From NCBI GenBank assembly GCA_038087875.1, contig CM075997.1:1490001-1554000 (forward strand): DNA of 64,000 nt, in the 5' to 3' direction. The translations under genes were made by a program, and so were the position numbers. The stretch comes from Malacoraja senta. Its lineage: Eukaryota. The notes beneath the pieces were generated by a model. That model had not been told where the DNA came from and searched no databases. It saw only the letters and a program-made list of their open reading frames with translations. Positions 1 to 11,375 of the stretch are shown here, piece after piece (positions within the stretch are counted from its first letter, which is position 1; each line of letters begins with the position of its first letter).

Positions 1-1279
1 TTTAGAACGGAGACGGGGAAACACTTTTTCTCACAGAGAGTGGTGAGTCTGTGGGATTCTCTGCCTCAGAGGGCGGTGGAGGCAGGTTCTCTGGATGCTT
101 TCAAGAGTGAGCTAGATAGGGCTCTTAAAGATAGCGCAGTCAGGGGATATGGGGAGAAGGCAGGAACGGGGTACTGATTGGGGATGATCAGCCATGATCA
201 CATTGAATGGTGGTGCTGGCTCGAATGGCCTACTCCTGCACCTATTGTCTATATTAAATATATTAGGGCGGCATGGTGGCGCAGCAGTCGAGGCACTGGC
301 TCGCAGCACTAACAGAGCCAGAGACCATGGTTGGATCCGGATGTCACCCATTCCTTCTCTCCAGAGATGCTGCCTGTCCCGCTGAGTTACTCCAGCATTT
401 TGTGTCTATCTTCGGTTTAAACCAGCACCTGCAGTTCCTTGCTACACATCACATTGAGTAGATTTTGTAAGGAATGTGGCTTCAGAGGGGATGATATTGG
501 AGTGAGGTTTTTTTTAACCGATGGCCAGCACAGGCTCAGTGGGTCGAAGGGCCTGTTTCCACGATGTGCGGGTCTAAGACTCTGAATAACACAAGTATGA
601 AAGACAAGAAATACAGGTGGCAGGGGTTATGGGGAGAAGGCAGGAGAATGGGGGTTAGGAGGGAGAAATAGATCAGCCATGAATGAATGGCGCAGTGGGC
701 TTGATGGGCCGAGTGGCCTAATTCTGATCCGATATGGAGAGAAGGCAGGTACAGGATACTGAGTTGGATGATCAGCCATGATCATATTGAATGGCGGTGC
801 AAACTCGAAGGGCCGAATGGCCTACTCCTGCACATATTTTCTATGTTTCTATCATATGATCTTATGAACTGCAGATGCTTGGAATCTTGAACCTCCACAG
901 ATGCTGCCTGACCTGCCTGTTACTCCAGCTCTTTGTGTCTATCTTCCATTTGACATCGCATCTTGACCCCAACTAATATTGGCCCCAGGCACCAGAGTCA
1001 ACGAGGCACGCACTGCACAGTAACAGGTCCTTCGGCCCACCGGGCCAATACTGGCCACCAGGTCCCCCATCTATACTAAGCAAAACACAAAGTGCTGGAG
1101 GATCTCAGCATCTGTGGATGGTATGGATAGGACAGGGGATGTTTCAGGTCTGGACCCTTCTTCAGACACGGACCTGGCACCTGGGTGACGCGGGTACCGG
1201 GACAATGGGTGAATTCTTGCCAATCTCCGGGCCAGCAGATTATTATTCTCCCCAATCTCAGCAGAATTCCTCGCATTAC

Positions 1280-1435
1280 CTTTCAGGTTTACGCACAATT
1301 AGGATCCTTCCGTCTGTGTCCCGCTGTCAAAGGAGAAACTGCTGCATTATCTGGCCAGGAAATGCCAGTGTGAGAGAGTGGTCCCTCGAAATCACTTCCA
1401 ATTGGCAATGGTTTCACTGATGCCGGTCCAAGCCC
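1280..1435 (-). other. Probable non-coding first exon of an unidentified gene continuing left of the window
   Basis: Starts about 30 nt after the TATA box (start approximate) and ends at donor gaaag|gtaatg. Only a 6-codon uORF was seen. Confidence 0.45.
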
Positions 1436-1457
1436 AGCTTGCTCGGAGAACACCCCC

Positions 1458-1472
1458 TTTTATAGGCACGTC
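1458..1472 (-). promoter_or_regulatory. TATA box (GACGTGCCTATAAAA) of a downstream minus-strand gene
   Basis: Canonical TATAAAAG in unique sequence, followed about 180 nt later by a good donor. Confidence 0.55.
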
Positions 1473-1558
1473 TGGAACTGGCGATGGACAGATTACTCAG
1501 GGAAGGCTGTGGGAACATTTCACTTGGCTCCGGCTTTTGAAAGTCCAGAGGCACTGAG

Positions 1559-1843
1559 TGAGAGGGGGAGGGGAGGGAGAGAGAGGGGAGGGGGGAAGAA
1601 AGGGGATAGGAGGAGGGGGAAAGAAAGGGGATAGGAGGAGGGGAGAGAGAGAGGGATGGGAGGAGAGGGGCAGAGGAGAGAGAGAGAGGGGGGGAGAGAG
1701 AGAGGGTGAGAGAGGGAGAGAGGAAGGGAGGGATGAAGGGAGAGAGGAAAGGAGGGAGGGAAGAAGGAGGGGAGGAGAGAGGGAGAGAGGAAGGGAGAGG
1801 GGGGGGGGGAAGGAAGGAAAAGGTGGGAGGCAAGCAGGCAGGT
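1559..1843. repeat. Polypurine (G/A) low-complexity tract
   Basis: Almost purely G/A. Confidence 0.9.
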
Positions 1844-2084
1844 GAGATATCCCCGCCTCTCTCCTGCCCCCATGCCCAGCGAGACCTGACGTTAATGCTG
1901 TTAGCTCCAGGGTTTACTTAAGGTGACACAGCGACCCCCACACTGCCTGGTCTGACAGTCTGAAGAAGGGTCTCGACCCGAAACGTCACCCAATCCTTCT
2001 CTCCAGAGATGCTGCCTGTCCCGCCGAGTTACTCCAGCCTGGTTTCTTCAGTGGGGAGGGCAGACCCAGGGGTGGGGAGGGGGG

Positions 2085-2087
<3 letters not shown>

Positions 2088-2162
<75 letters not shown>
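2088..2162. repeat. (GT)n microsatellite
   Basis: Direct reading. Confidence 0.97.
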
Positions 2163-2164
<2 letters not shown>

Positions 2165-4297
2165 TGTGTATGTGAAGACAGGAAAGGGGAATACACAAGG
2201 GGGCAATTTCCATTCACATCATGTGTGGGAAGGAACTGCAGATGCTGGTAACCCCAACTACACCCCCCCTCACTCACACTCATCCTCACGCCCCCCCACC
2301 TACAGAACCTCGCCCCAACCTCCGTCGAGTCTGAGGAAGATTCCGAACCGCAAACCTCACCCATCCATTTTCTCCAGAGATGCTGTGTTACTCCAGGTCA
2401 CCGGTGTCTAACTTCCATTGACATCACATCTTAAACCCCAACTGCTGTAATATTGCAGCAGAGTCAACGAGGTACACAGCGCAGAAACAGGCCCTTCGGC
2501 CCACCGGGTCAATAGAAACATAGAAACATAGAAATTAGGTGCAGGAGTAGGCCATTCGGCCCTTCGAGCCTGCACCGCCATTCAATATGATCATGGCTGA
2601 TCATCCAACTCAGTATCCCGTACCTGCCTTCTCTCCATACCCTCTGATCCCTTTAGCCACAAGGGCCACATCTAACTCCCTCTTAAATATAGCCAATGAA
2701 CTGGCCTCAACTACCCTCGAATACTGGCCATCAGTTCCCCATCTACACTAAGGAAAACACAAAGCGCTGGAGGAACTCAGTGGGTCGGGCAGCATCTGTG
2801 GAGGGAATGAGCAGATGACGTCTCGGGTCCGTGACCTTTCAGATTCCATCAATCTGAAGAACATTGTCTGTCCCCACATTCACACAGACACACTCACTCA
2901 CACATACACACTCACTCGCTCACATTCACACAGACACACTCACTCACACGCTCACATTCACACAGACACTCACTCACACGCACACTCGCACACACTTAGA
3001 CACACATTCACGCACACGTTCTGACACACTTGTTCACATCACACACACACACTCACTCCAGCACACGCACACATTCTCACACTCACAAAATTACACACAC
3101 ACACACACTCTCGATGACCTAAACTCACCGATAGAGCATCAAATGTAAGCCTCTGGCCCCTCAAGCCTGTCCCACCACAGTGCCATGTAGTCATGGCTGA
3201 TCGACCCCGGGCTTCATCTCATCTTCTGAGGAATCTCAAGAAGATAAATCAAATCCCTTGGATCTTCGGTCGGTATTCCACATCTGCTGAAGAGTTGCCT
3301 CCTTGCTCCCTCTGGTGGAAGTGCCTTGTACCTTCCGAAGAGTCCACCGGGGACTATAGTGGAAGTTGGACACATTTGTTTTAATATACAGGACAATTTT
3401 TACATTTCTCAAGCCAATTAACCTACATTAGGAGTGTGGGAGGAAGCCACACGAGAAGATCTCAGAGAAAACCCACGCAGGTGACGGGGAGAAAATACAA
3501 ACTCCGTGCAGACAGCAGCCGTAGTCAGGATCGAACCCGGGTCTCCGGTGCTGTAACGCTGCGCCACCGTAACTGCCTCAACTCAGGAACTAATTCCCAC
3601 CATAGCAGGAAAGGACACAAAGTTGATTAAGGCGGCGATTGATAGATTCTTGATTAATTGACAATAAAGGAAACTTGATACTTGATACTAGTGCGGGTGT
3701 CGGGGGCTATGAGGAGAAGGCAGGAGAATGGGGTTGAGAGGGAGAGATAGATCAGCCGTGATTGAATGGCGGAGTAGACTCGATGGCCCGAATGGGAGAA
3801 TTCTGCTCGTACCTTACCAGGACGGCAGATACCTAATAAAAAAGGCAAGGCAAAATGTTCTAAAAAGACTTTATTAAAAGTTAAAAGAGGAACCAAAATT
3901 TTCTTGAGTCCCCATCACCTAAGATACTTAAAGTTCATCTCAATCAAAATGTCAAACTGTTTGCAAAAATACATCAAACGCCACAATTTTCAAGAGGTCA
4001 CCAGTTCCCGCTCCCATTCACTGCTATAGTCTCCAAGCCTGGAGCACAAGGACTAATGTACTAATTCATTAAGGGCTGATTGGTTGGGCTGTATACTAGG
4101 TGGGAGAGATCTCCTATGCAATGCCTCAATAGATGGAAGTTGGAAATAGGAAAAGCACCTTCTGTGGAGGATGCGTCGGGACAGTGCGCTGGCTTCCCGG
4201 CGGGGACTGGTACCCAAACCGGAGCGCCACACATTCCCCACGGGACAGGTGGCAACGGGCACCAGTGATGGTGGCAGGATAGAGGAACAGGGAGGAA

Positions 4298-4544
4298 AGA
4301 GACAGAGACAGAGACAGAGAGAGACAGACAGAGAACAGAGACAGTGGCAGAGAGAGAGAGATAGAGAGAGAGATATATAGAGATAGAATAGAGATAGATA
4401 TATATAGAGAGAATAGAGAGAGAATATAGAGAGAACACAGAGAGAGAGAGAGAGAGAGAACACAGAGAGAGAGAGAGAGAGAGAGAACACAGAGAGAGAG
4501 AGAGAGAGAGATAGAACAGAGAGAGAGAGAGAGAGAGATAGAAC

Positions 4545-4575
<31 letters not shown>

Positions 4576-4703
4576 ACAGAGAGAGAGAGAGAGAGAGAGA
4601 GATAGAACAGAGAGAGAGAGAGAGAGAGAGAGAACATTGAGAGAGAGAGAACATTGAGAGAGAGAGAACATTGAGAGAGAGAGAACATTGAGAGAGAGAG
4701 AAC

Positions 4704-4740
<37 letters not shown>

Positions 4741-4802
4741 AGGATAGAGAAGAGAGAACAGAGATAAAGAGATAGAGAGACAGACACAGCCAGACAGAGA
4801 GA
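4298..4802. repeat. Compound (GA)n repeat with AACATT/ATAGAAC interruptions
   Basis: Direct reading. Confidence 0.95.
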
Positions 4803-6652
4803 TTCAAGAGTTGGATAGTTGATTCTCTTTACCCCATTGGATTAAATATTTCACTGAATAAATGACTTTTAACCATGTTTATGAAGCGTCAATCTCCTGC
4901 ACGCCCACAGGACGCCACACAACCCGCAGCCAGTCATTCCCTCCCCCCCCCCCTCTCTCTCTCCGCCAGCACCAGGGAGACAGAGCGTGGAGGATGGCTT
5001 GTGGTCCCAGAGGGACTGGACAGGTGACACTGGGCTCGAGAGAATGAGCAGCCAGACGATCAACACCAGCGATGAGCAGAGGAGAGGCAGCCAGGGTGTT
5101 TACTGGGGGAGACAAGCTAATGCCCTTCTCTTGCTCTGGGAGTGTCACAGATACAGCATCATCAAACTCGCACACACCTCGCCTCCACACGTAAGATATT
5201 TCGCAGGCAGCACCGTGCAGTCTTGAACCCCCGTTATAAGGGGGGGGGATAGCCACTGTGGGGGTCTACGTTGGAGCGCTGAGGGTTGGCTTGTGTTGTG
5301 GAGGGAACGGCCAAGGGTCTGGTTGTGTAACCAGGCACTGGTTTGTGATCAGTCGGGAGATGAGTGTGCAAGCCACAGGTCACACTGCCGTTACCCCTTC
5401 ACCCCGTGCCCACCTGGACTGAGACAAGACTGGTGATCCCACACCCAACGCCAACTGGTACTTGGATTCTACGCACCCATCCATCTTCTCCTCAACTCAC
5501 ACAGACGAGGAACTGCAAATGCTGGGAAAGCAAACAAGACACACAGTGCTGGAGGAACTCAGCGGGTCAGGCAGCATCCATGGCGGGAATGGACAGACGA
5601 CGTTTCGCGACGGGACCCTTCTTCAGATGGATTAGGCCCCGAACCAAAACACCGCCTGTCCATTCCCTCCACGGATGCTGCCCAATCCGCGGGCTTCCTC
5701 CAGCGCTGTGTGTGTTTGCATCACCCGACATCTACGAGGTGAAGTGCGTGCAAGCGTGGATCTGAAAGTTGGCGCGAGGTTGGTCAAGCGCCTGGGGACG
5801 AATCTAGATTTCTTCCACCGAAAAGGGCTAGTGTCAGATTCCCAAAATGTCACCTGCAGACCTGCAGAGAACTTGTGAAGCCATTCACAGCTCTCAAACC
5901 CAGTGTAGATGGGGCCAGAATATGCTCACAGAGTCACAGCTTCAAAACAGGTGGCAGAGTAGGTACCTAGTTAAGATCGAAAAATAAAAATCGGCATATA
6001 ATCAACACAGTGGCGTTAACACCAACCTGGCAGAATTTGTCTTGAGAGACCGGGGAGATTAACTTAACAGGGGGAAACTATTGATTACATCTTAATCATT
6101 CCTACGGGAAATTTAAGCTGTTAGCGGATCCTCAAAACACCCCTGCAGTCTGTACAGTGTTCGCACTACAAAGCTACACAGTAATAAAAAAATTCCAGTG
6201 ATTAGTTGGTAGAGTTCAGATTCACTACCTCGGAAAACTGGGAAGAGAAACCAAGAGGTTCAACGTCCAGTTGCAACGTGAAATTCCATTCCGAGATTTC
6301 AACGCGGATCTGTCCACGGGTCAGGCTCTCACGAAGCGAGGGGAGGGGGAGGGGGGGGGGGATGACCAGGGCGGGGGTCACTGGAGGTGGAGAGACCACC
6401 AGGTGGCCCGAGGAACCACCGACTGACCCCGCTAGGGTGAAGACGAAACTTCATCAGAAACAAAATAAAAAAGGTTAAGACTAAAAAGTTTATGGGAACA
6501 CAAGAAGGGCGACAACATCAGCGTGACCTTAAAGGCCAGAACAGACACTCATTGTAGGAATGATGATGGTGGAGGAGGGGGGGGAAGGGAGGGAGGGGGG
6601 GGGGATAGGGATGGCATAAATTTGCCCCGGGGTTTCGTGCCGCGTTCCAGTA

Positions 6653-6807
6653 CTACGCCGTGTTGATGAGGGTCTCCTTGTCCTCGCCCGAGCGGGTGCG
6701 GTGATAGGACACCACGTGGTCGGACTTGGCCAACTTGACGATGAAGTAGATGACTCCGCTGAGCAGGATGAAGACGCAGACAGCCAGCAGCACCACCATG
6801 GAGATCG
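6653..6807 (-). CDS. SPINT2: Coding exon 10: transmembrane helix and cytoplasmic tail (AISMVVLLAVCVFILLSGVIYFIV-KLAKSDHVVSYHRTRSGEDKETLINTA*)
   Basis: Acceptor ccccatccag|, about 24 hydrophobic residues, TAG stop at 6653-6655. SGEDKETLIN resembles the SPINT2 tail SGDDKEQLVKN (recalled). Confidence 0.9.
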
Positions 6808-7668
6808 CTGGATGGGGACAGAGAGCGAGAGAGAGAGACAGCAATGAGAACAAGTGAGGTACCGTCCATGCTCGAGTGTCCCTGGAAGGGAAACACGCGG
6901 TGTCCACAGGGACTCTGGAGGCCTTCCGTGAACACCGGTCACCACGTGGGGTTGAGACTATCGTAAATAATGAATGCATCATTGTAATATAATGAGTAAT
7001 TGATACATTGCAACCTACGATTGTGTTTTGATGTATGATGTGATCGTACTGAATCAAGTTTTGGGGGACAAATTGAGGTATCGTTGGGAGAGAGAGGGGA
7101 GAGAGATCCACCCTGCTGATGTTACCCGAGCCACCCTGCCAATGGTACCCAGCCCGCCCCACCTTCCCGATTCCCACCAAAGCTCCAGAGCCATCAGTCA
7201 CCCTAGATAGACACAAAAAGCTGGAGTAACTCAGCGGGTCTTTTAGAAAGGAGGCGAGGAGGAACTTCTTTAGTCAGAGGGTAGTTAATCTGTGGAACTC
7301 ATTGCCACAGAGGGCTGTGGAGGCCAAGTCAGTGGATATTTTTAAGGCAGAGATAGACAAATTCTCGATTGGAACGGGTGTCAAGGGTTATGGGGAGAAG
7401 GCAGGAGAATGGGATTAGGAGGCAGAGTAGACTAGATGGGCTGAATGGCCAAATTCGACTCCTATAACTTGTGTCAGGCAGCATCTCTGGAGAAAAGGAC
7501 CAGGCGATGTTTCGGGCTGAGACCCTTCATCAGACTGTGGTCTCTACCCGCTGCGCCACCGTGCCGCCCCATGCCCTCCGCAGATGCTGCCTGCCCCGCT
7601 GAGTTTCTCCAGCACCGTGTGTGCTTTGGCGCAGAGACCGACATGGGTCAAGGGGACAGGGGGCTCAC

Positions 7669-7740
7669 CGGACACGTGGCGGCGGTACTCCGCTTGGTGC
7701 TTCTCATGGTTGCCTCCATCCTCACTGCCGTCCCAGGCAC
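7669..7740 (-). CDS. SPINT2: Coding exon 9: juxtamembrane stalk (GAWDGSEDGGNHEKHQAEYRRHVS)
   Basis: Acceptor ctccctgctgtag|, donor ccg|gtgagc. 72 nt, phase 1-1. Confidence 0.75.
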
Positions 7741-8004
7741 CTACAGCAGGGAGACAAAGCTGTCGTCAAGACCTGCCGGCAACAAACTGCGTCAGAATAG
7801 ATTACACCCCCCCTCAAAAAACGGTGGCGTTGTAAATAATGCCACACCTGGCGGCAGGGTGGCGCAGCGGTAGAGTTGCTGCCTCACAGCGCCACAGACC
7901 CGGGATCGATCTCGACTATCTGTACGTTCTCCCCGTGAACGCGTGGGTTTACTGAGATATCCTCCGACACTCCGAAGACGTACAGGCACGTAGGTGAATT
8001 TTAA

Positions 8005-8305
8005 TTTAGTTTGGAGTCACGGCGCGGAAACAGGCCCTTCGGCCCACAGAACCCACACCCGCCAGCTATCCCTGCACATTAACACACACTAGGGACAATT
8101 TACATTTATTTATACCAAGCCAATTAACCTACAAACCTGTACGTCTTTGGAGTGTAGGAGGAAACCGAAGATCTCGGAGCAAACTCACGTGGTCACGGGG
8201 AGAGCGTACAAATTCCGTACAGACAGCACCCGTAGTCGGGATCAAACCCAGGTCTCTGGCGCTGCAAGCGCTGTAAGGCAGCAACTCTACCGCTGCGCCT
8301 CCGTG
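8005..8305 (-). mobile_element. HE1-like SINE
   Basis: Reverse-complement copy with LINE-type tail. Confidence 0.8.
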
Positions 8306-8331
8306 ACGCCTTGGTATAAATGTAAGTTGTC

Positions 8332-8374
<43 letters not shown>

Positions 8375-8708
8375 ATAGTGTTATAATGCGCGCTGGTCAC
8401 TGTAGACTCGGTGGGCTGACGGGCCTGTTTCCGCACTGTATCTCTAAACTAAAATAAGAGTCTTGAAGTTCATCTCAGTGCATGGAGGGGCGGAGGAAGA
8501 GATGGCCTGGCCAGGCCGACCCCTGCACCTGTGACCCCAGTGCCCCCACCAGGACCTTTACGGCCAAGTTGAGACTCTACCTTTATAACAACTCTGATCT
8601 TGATGGGTGCATGTTAGCCTCAGAAACACAACGACTCTTGTGTACTGTCTCAGAATGATCTGTTCCTACACTCTTGTATCCAAGTATGATTGCGTCTGCA
8701 TCTAGTAA

Positions 8709-9006
8709 AGCTCCTGTCCCACGATGCGAGTTCACCCAAGAGCTCTCCAGAGTAAAAAAAAAAAATCAAACTCGTGGTACTTAATCACGAGTATTTTTTT
8801 TACTCTTGGAAATTTTTCACACACTGTTGAAAAAAATTCATGAGTTTCCACGTTTGCGGAGTACCTGCCGTTAGCATTACGAGCCGCTACGAGACATCCA
8901 CCAGCTCCGACGTACCCGCTACGTACATTCTACGTACTTACGAGTTTGATATTTTTTTTTAACTCGGGAGAACTCTTGGGTAAACTCGCACAGTGGGACA
9001 GGGCCT
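8709..9006. mobile_element. Palindromic MITE, PIF/Harbinger-like
   Basis: Long imperfect TIRs containing CCTGTCCCAC, with TAA on both flanks. Confidence 0.7.
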
Positions 9007-9269
9007 TAAGATTTCTACCGAACTATATGTTAAAAAAAAGAATTACAAAGGAGGGATATGAGCATGTGGGGCTAGTGTAGATGGGGAATGTTGGTCGATG
9101 TGGGCAAGTTGGACCGAAGGGCCTGTTTCTACACTGCATGACTCTATGGAGTGTCTCCAACAAGGAAGAGGTCTCTCCACAACTGGAATGTCCTCAGTGA
9201 CGAATATCACTGGTTCCCACACCCAGAGTGTCCACAGTGAGGGACATCTCCAGTCCCCTGGCCTGGAGT

Positions 9270-9815
9270 GACAATAGACAATAGGTGCAGGAGTAGGCCA
9301 CTCAGCCCTTCGAGTCAGCACCGTCATTCAATGTGATCATGGCTGATCATCCCCAATCAGTACCCCATTCCTGCCTTCTCCCCATATCCCCTGACTCTGC
9401 TATTTTTAAGAGCCCTATCTAGCTCTCTTGAAAGCATCCAGAGAACCTGCCTCCACTGCCCTCTGAGCAGAGAATTCCACAGACTCACCACTCTCTGTGA
9501 GAAAAAGTGATTCCTCGTCTCCGTTTGAAATGGCCTTCCCCTTATTATTAAACTGTGGCCCCTGGTTCTGGACTCCCCCAACATCGGGAACATGTTTCCT
9601 GCCTCTAGCGTGTCCAAACCCTTAACAATCTTATATGTTTCAATGAGATGCCCTCTCATCCTTCAGAGTGTGGCGTTTAGAAGGATATGACAGCATATGA
9701 CAGTCCCACCATCCCGGGAATTAACCTTGTAAACCTACGCTGCACTCCCTCAATAGCAAGCATGTCCTTCCTCAAATTAGGGGACCAAAACTGCACACAA
9801 TACCACTCCAGGTGT
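9270..9815 (-). mobile_element. CR1 LINE 3' fragment
   Basis: ORF 9357..9659 RGHLIETYKIVKGLD... plus family 3' tail. Confidence 0.85.
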
Positions 9816-10076
9816 GGCCCTTGTGGCTAAAGGGATCAGGGGGTATGGAGAGAAGGCAGGTACGGGATACTGAGTTGGATGATCAGCCATGATCATATTG
9901 AATGGCGGTGCAGGCTCGAAGGGCCGAATGGCCTACTCCTGCACCTATTGTCTATGTATCTATGTATCTATGTCTCACTGGCGCCCTGTACAACTGCAGT
10001 GTCTCCAACAAGGACATCTCCCATCTGCACAACTGGACGTCTCCAGTCTCCGCGCCTGGCTGAGCTCCGCACTGAC

Positions 10077-10248
10077 CTGTCTTGCCCGAGCACCTGGCCA
10101 GGCACTGATCCTCCGAGTCGTACTTGTTCTTGTTGCCCCCCGCAGCCACCGTAGATGAAGGTTCGGCAGCTCAGGCTGGTGGGGTCGTAGTACCAGAGGG
10201 GGAAGGAGGCACGGCACCTCCCCGTCACGGCCGGGGCGAGGCAGTAAG
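10077..10248 (-). CDS. SPINT2: Coding exon 8: Kunitz domain C ([57 protein letters not shown]), with a +1 frameshift in the G6 run at 10136-10141
   Basis: The Kunitz halves fall in two ORF-track frames (9968..10258 and 9952..10149). Exon is 172 nt versus 171 for the other two Kunitz exons. AVTGxCRASFP matches mammalian SPINT2 KD2 as recalled. Splice sites ttgcag| and |gtcagt. Confidence 0.9.
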
Positions 10249-10948
10249 CTGCAACCAACAGTCAGGGCGGTCAGTCCCGTCTCAAACCCCCCCACCCCTC
10301 CCCGTAAATCAGCCCATCCACCTTCTCCTAGCCCGGTGACCAAACCTGCCCTAGGCTCCAATCACCTTGGTGTTCATCCAATTGTAGCGCGGTGGGGTTT
10401 GGGGGAGGGGCATGTGGGGGGGGGGGGGGGGGAGAAAGCTGGAAAAGAGAGGTGGGGGTGGGAAAAAACCCAGGCAAGTTTCGAGTTTAGTCTAATTTAG
10501 AGATACAACATGGAAACCGGCCCTTCGGCTCACAGAGTTCGCACTGACCAGGGACTCCCATATATGAACACTATCCAACACACACACACTGGGGACAATT
10601 TACAATTATACCAAGCCAATTAACCTACAAGCCTGGAGCGTGGGAGGATACGGGAGGTCCTGGTGAAACCCCACAGGGTCATGGGGAGAACCCTGGTGTG
10701 TTGGATAGTGCTAGCGTAAGGGGTGATCACCGGTCGGCGCAGATTCAGTCAAGGGCCGAAGGGCCTGTTTCCGCGCAGTATCTCTAAAGTCCAATGTCCC
10801 TAGTGTGTGTAGGATAGTGTTAGTGAGCGGGGTTTGGTTCGGACTCGGTGGGATGAAGGGCCTGTTTCCGCGCTGTATCTAGATAAAAATCTGCTGGTCC
10901 CTGCTGCCCACGCCATCTCCGCTGTTGCCAACCACACCAGTATCCTAC

Positions 10949-11002
10949 CTTCAACATCAGAATTTGGACCCTTCCTCAGCTTCTGTGGATTGGAGATGAC
11001 CT
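10949..11002 (-). CDS. SPINT2: Coding exon 7: linker (EVISNPQKLRKGPNSDVE)
   Basis: Acceptor cttttgtcttgcag|, donor gaag|gtagga. 54 nt, phase 1-1. Confidence 0.75.
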
Positions 11003-11026
11003 CTGCAAGACAAAAGGCCTAGTTAT

Positions 11027-11375
11027 TCAAGCAGGCAGACAAAAATGCTGGTGAAACTCAGCGGGTGAGGCAGCATCTATGGAGCGAAGGAATAGGTGAC
11101 GTTTCGGGTCGAGACCCTTCTTCAGACTGATGTGGTGGGGGTGGGAAGAAGAAAGGAAGAGGCGGAGACTGTAGGCTGTGGGAGAGCTGGGAAGGGGAGG
11201 GGAAGGAGAAAGCAAGGACTACCTGAAATTGGAGAAGTCAATGTTCATACTGCTGGGGTGTAAACTACCCAAGCGAAATATGAGGTGCTGCTCCTCCAAT
11301 TTGTGGTGAGACTCACTCTGGCCATGGAGGAGGCCCAGGACAGAAAGGTCGGATTGGGAATGGGAGGAGGAGTTG
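11027..11375 (-). mobile_element. Penelope-like element 3' fragment: GIY-YIG C-terminus plus terminal repeat
   Basis: KLEEQHLIFRLGSLHPSSMNIDFSNF at about 11225-11303, followed by the abundant CTGAAGAAGGGTCTCGACCCGAAACGTC repeat. Confidence 0.75.

Noticed and set aside
4869..5095. Signal-peptide-like stretch LPLLCSSLVLIVWLLILSSPVSPVQS on the minus strand
   Set aside because: In-frame stop just upstream, no ATG or clear acceptor, and no domain follows.
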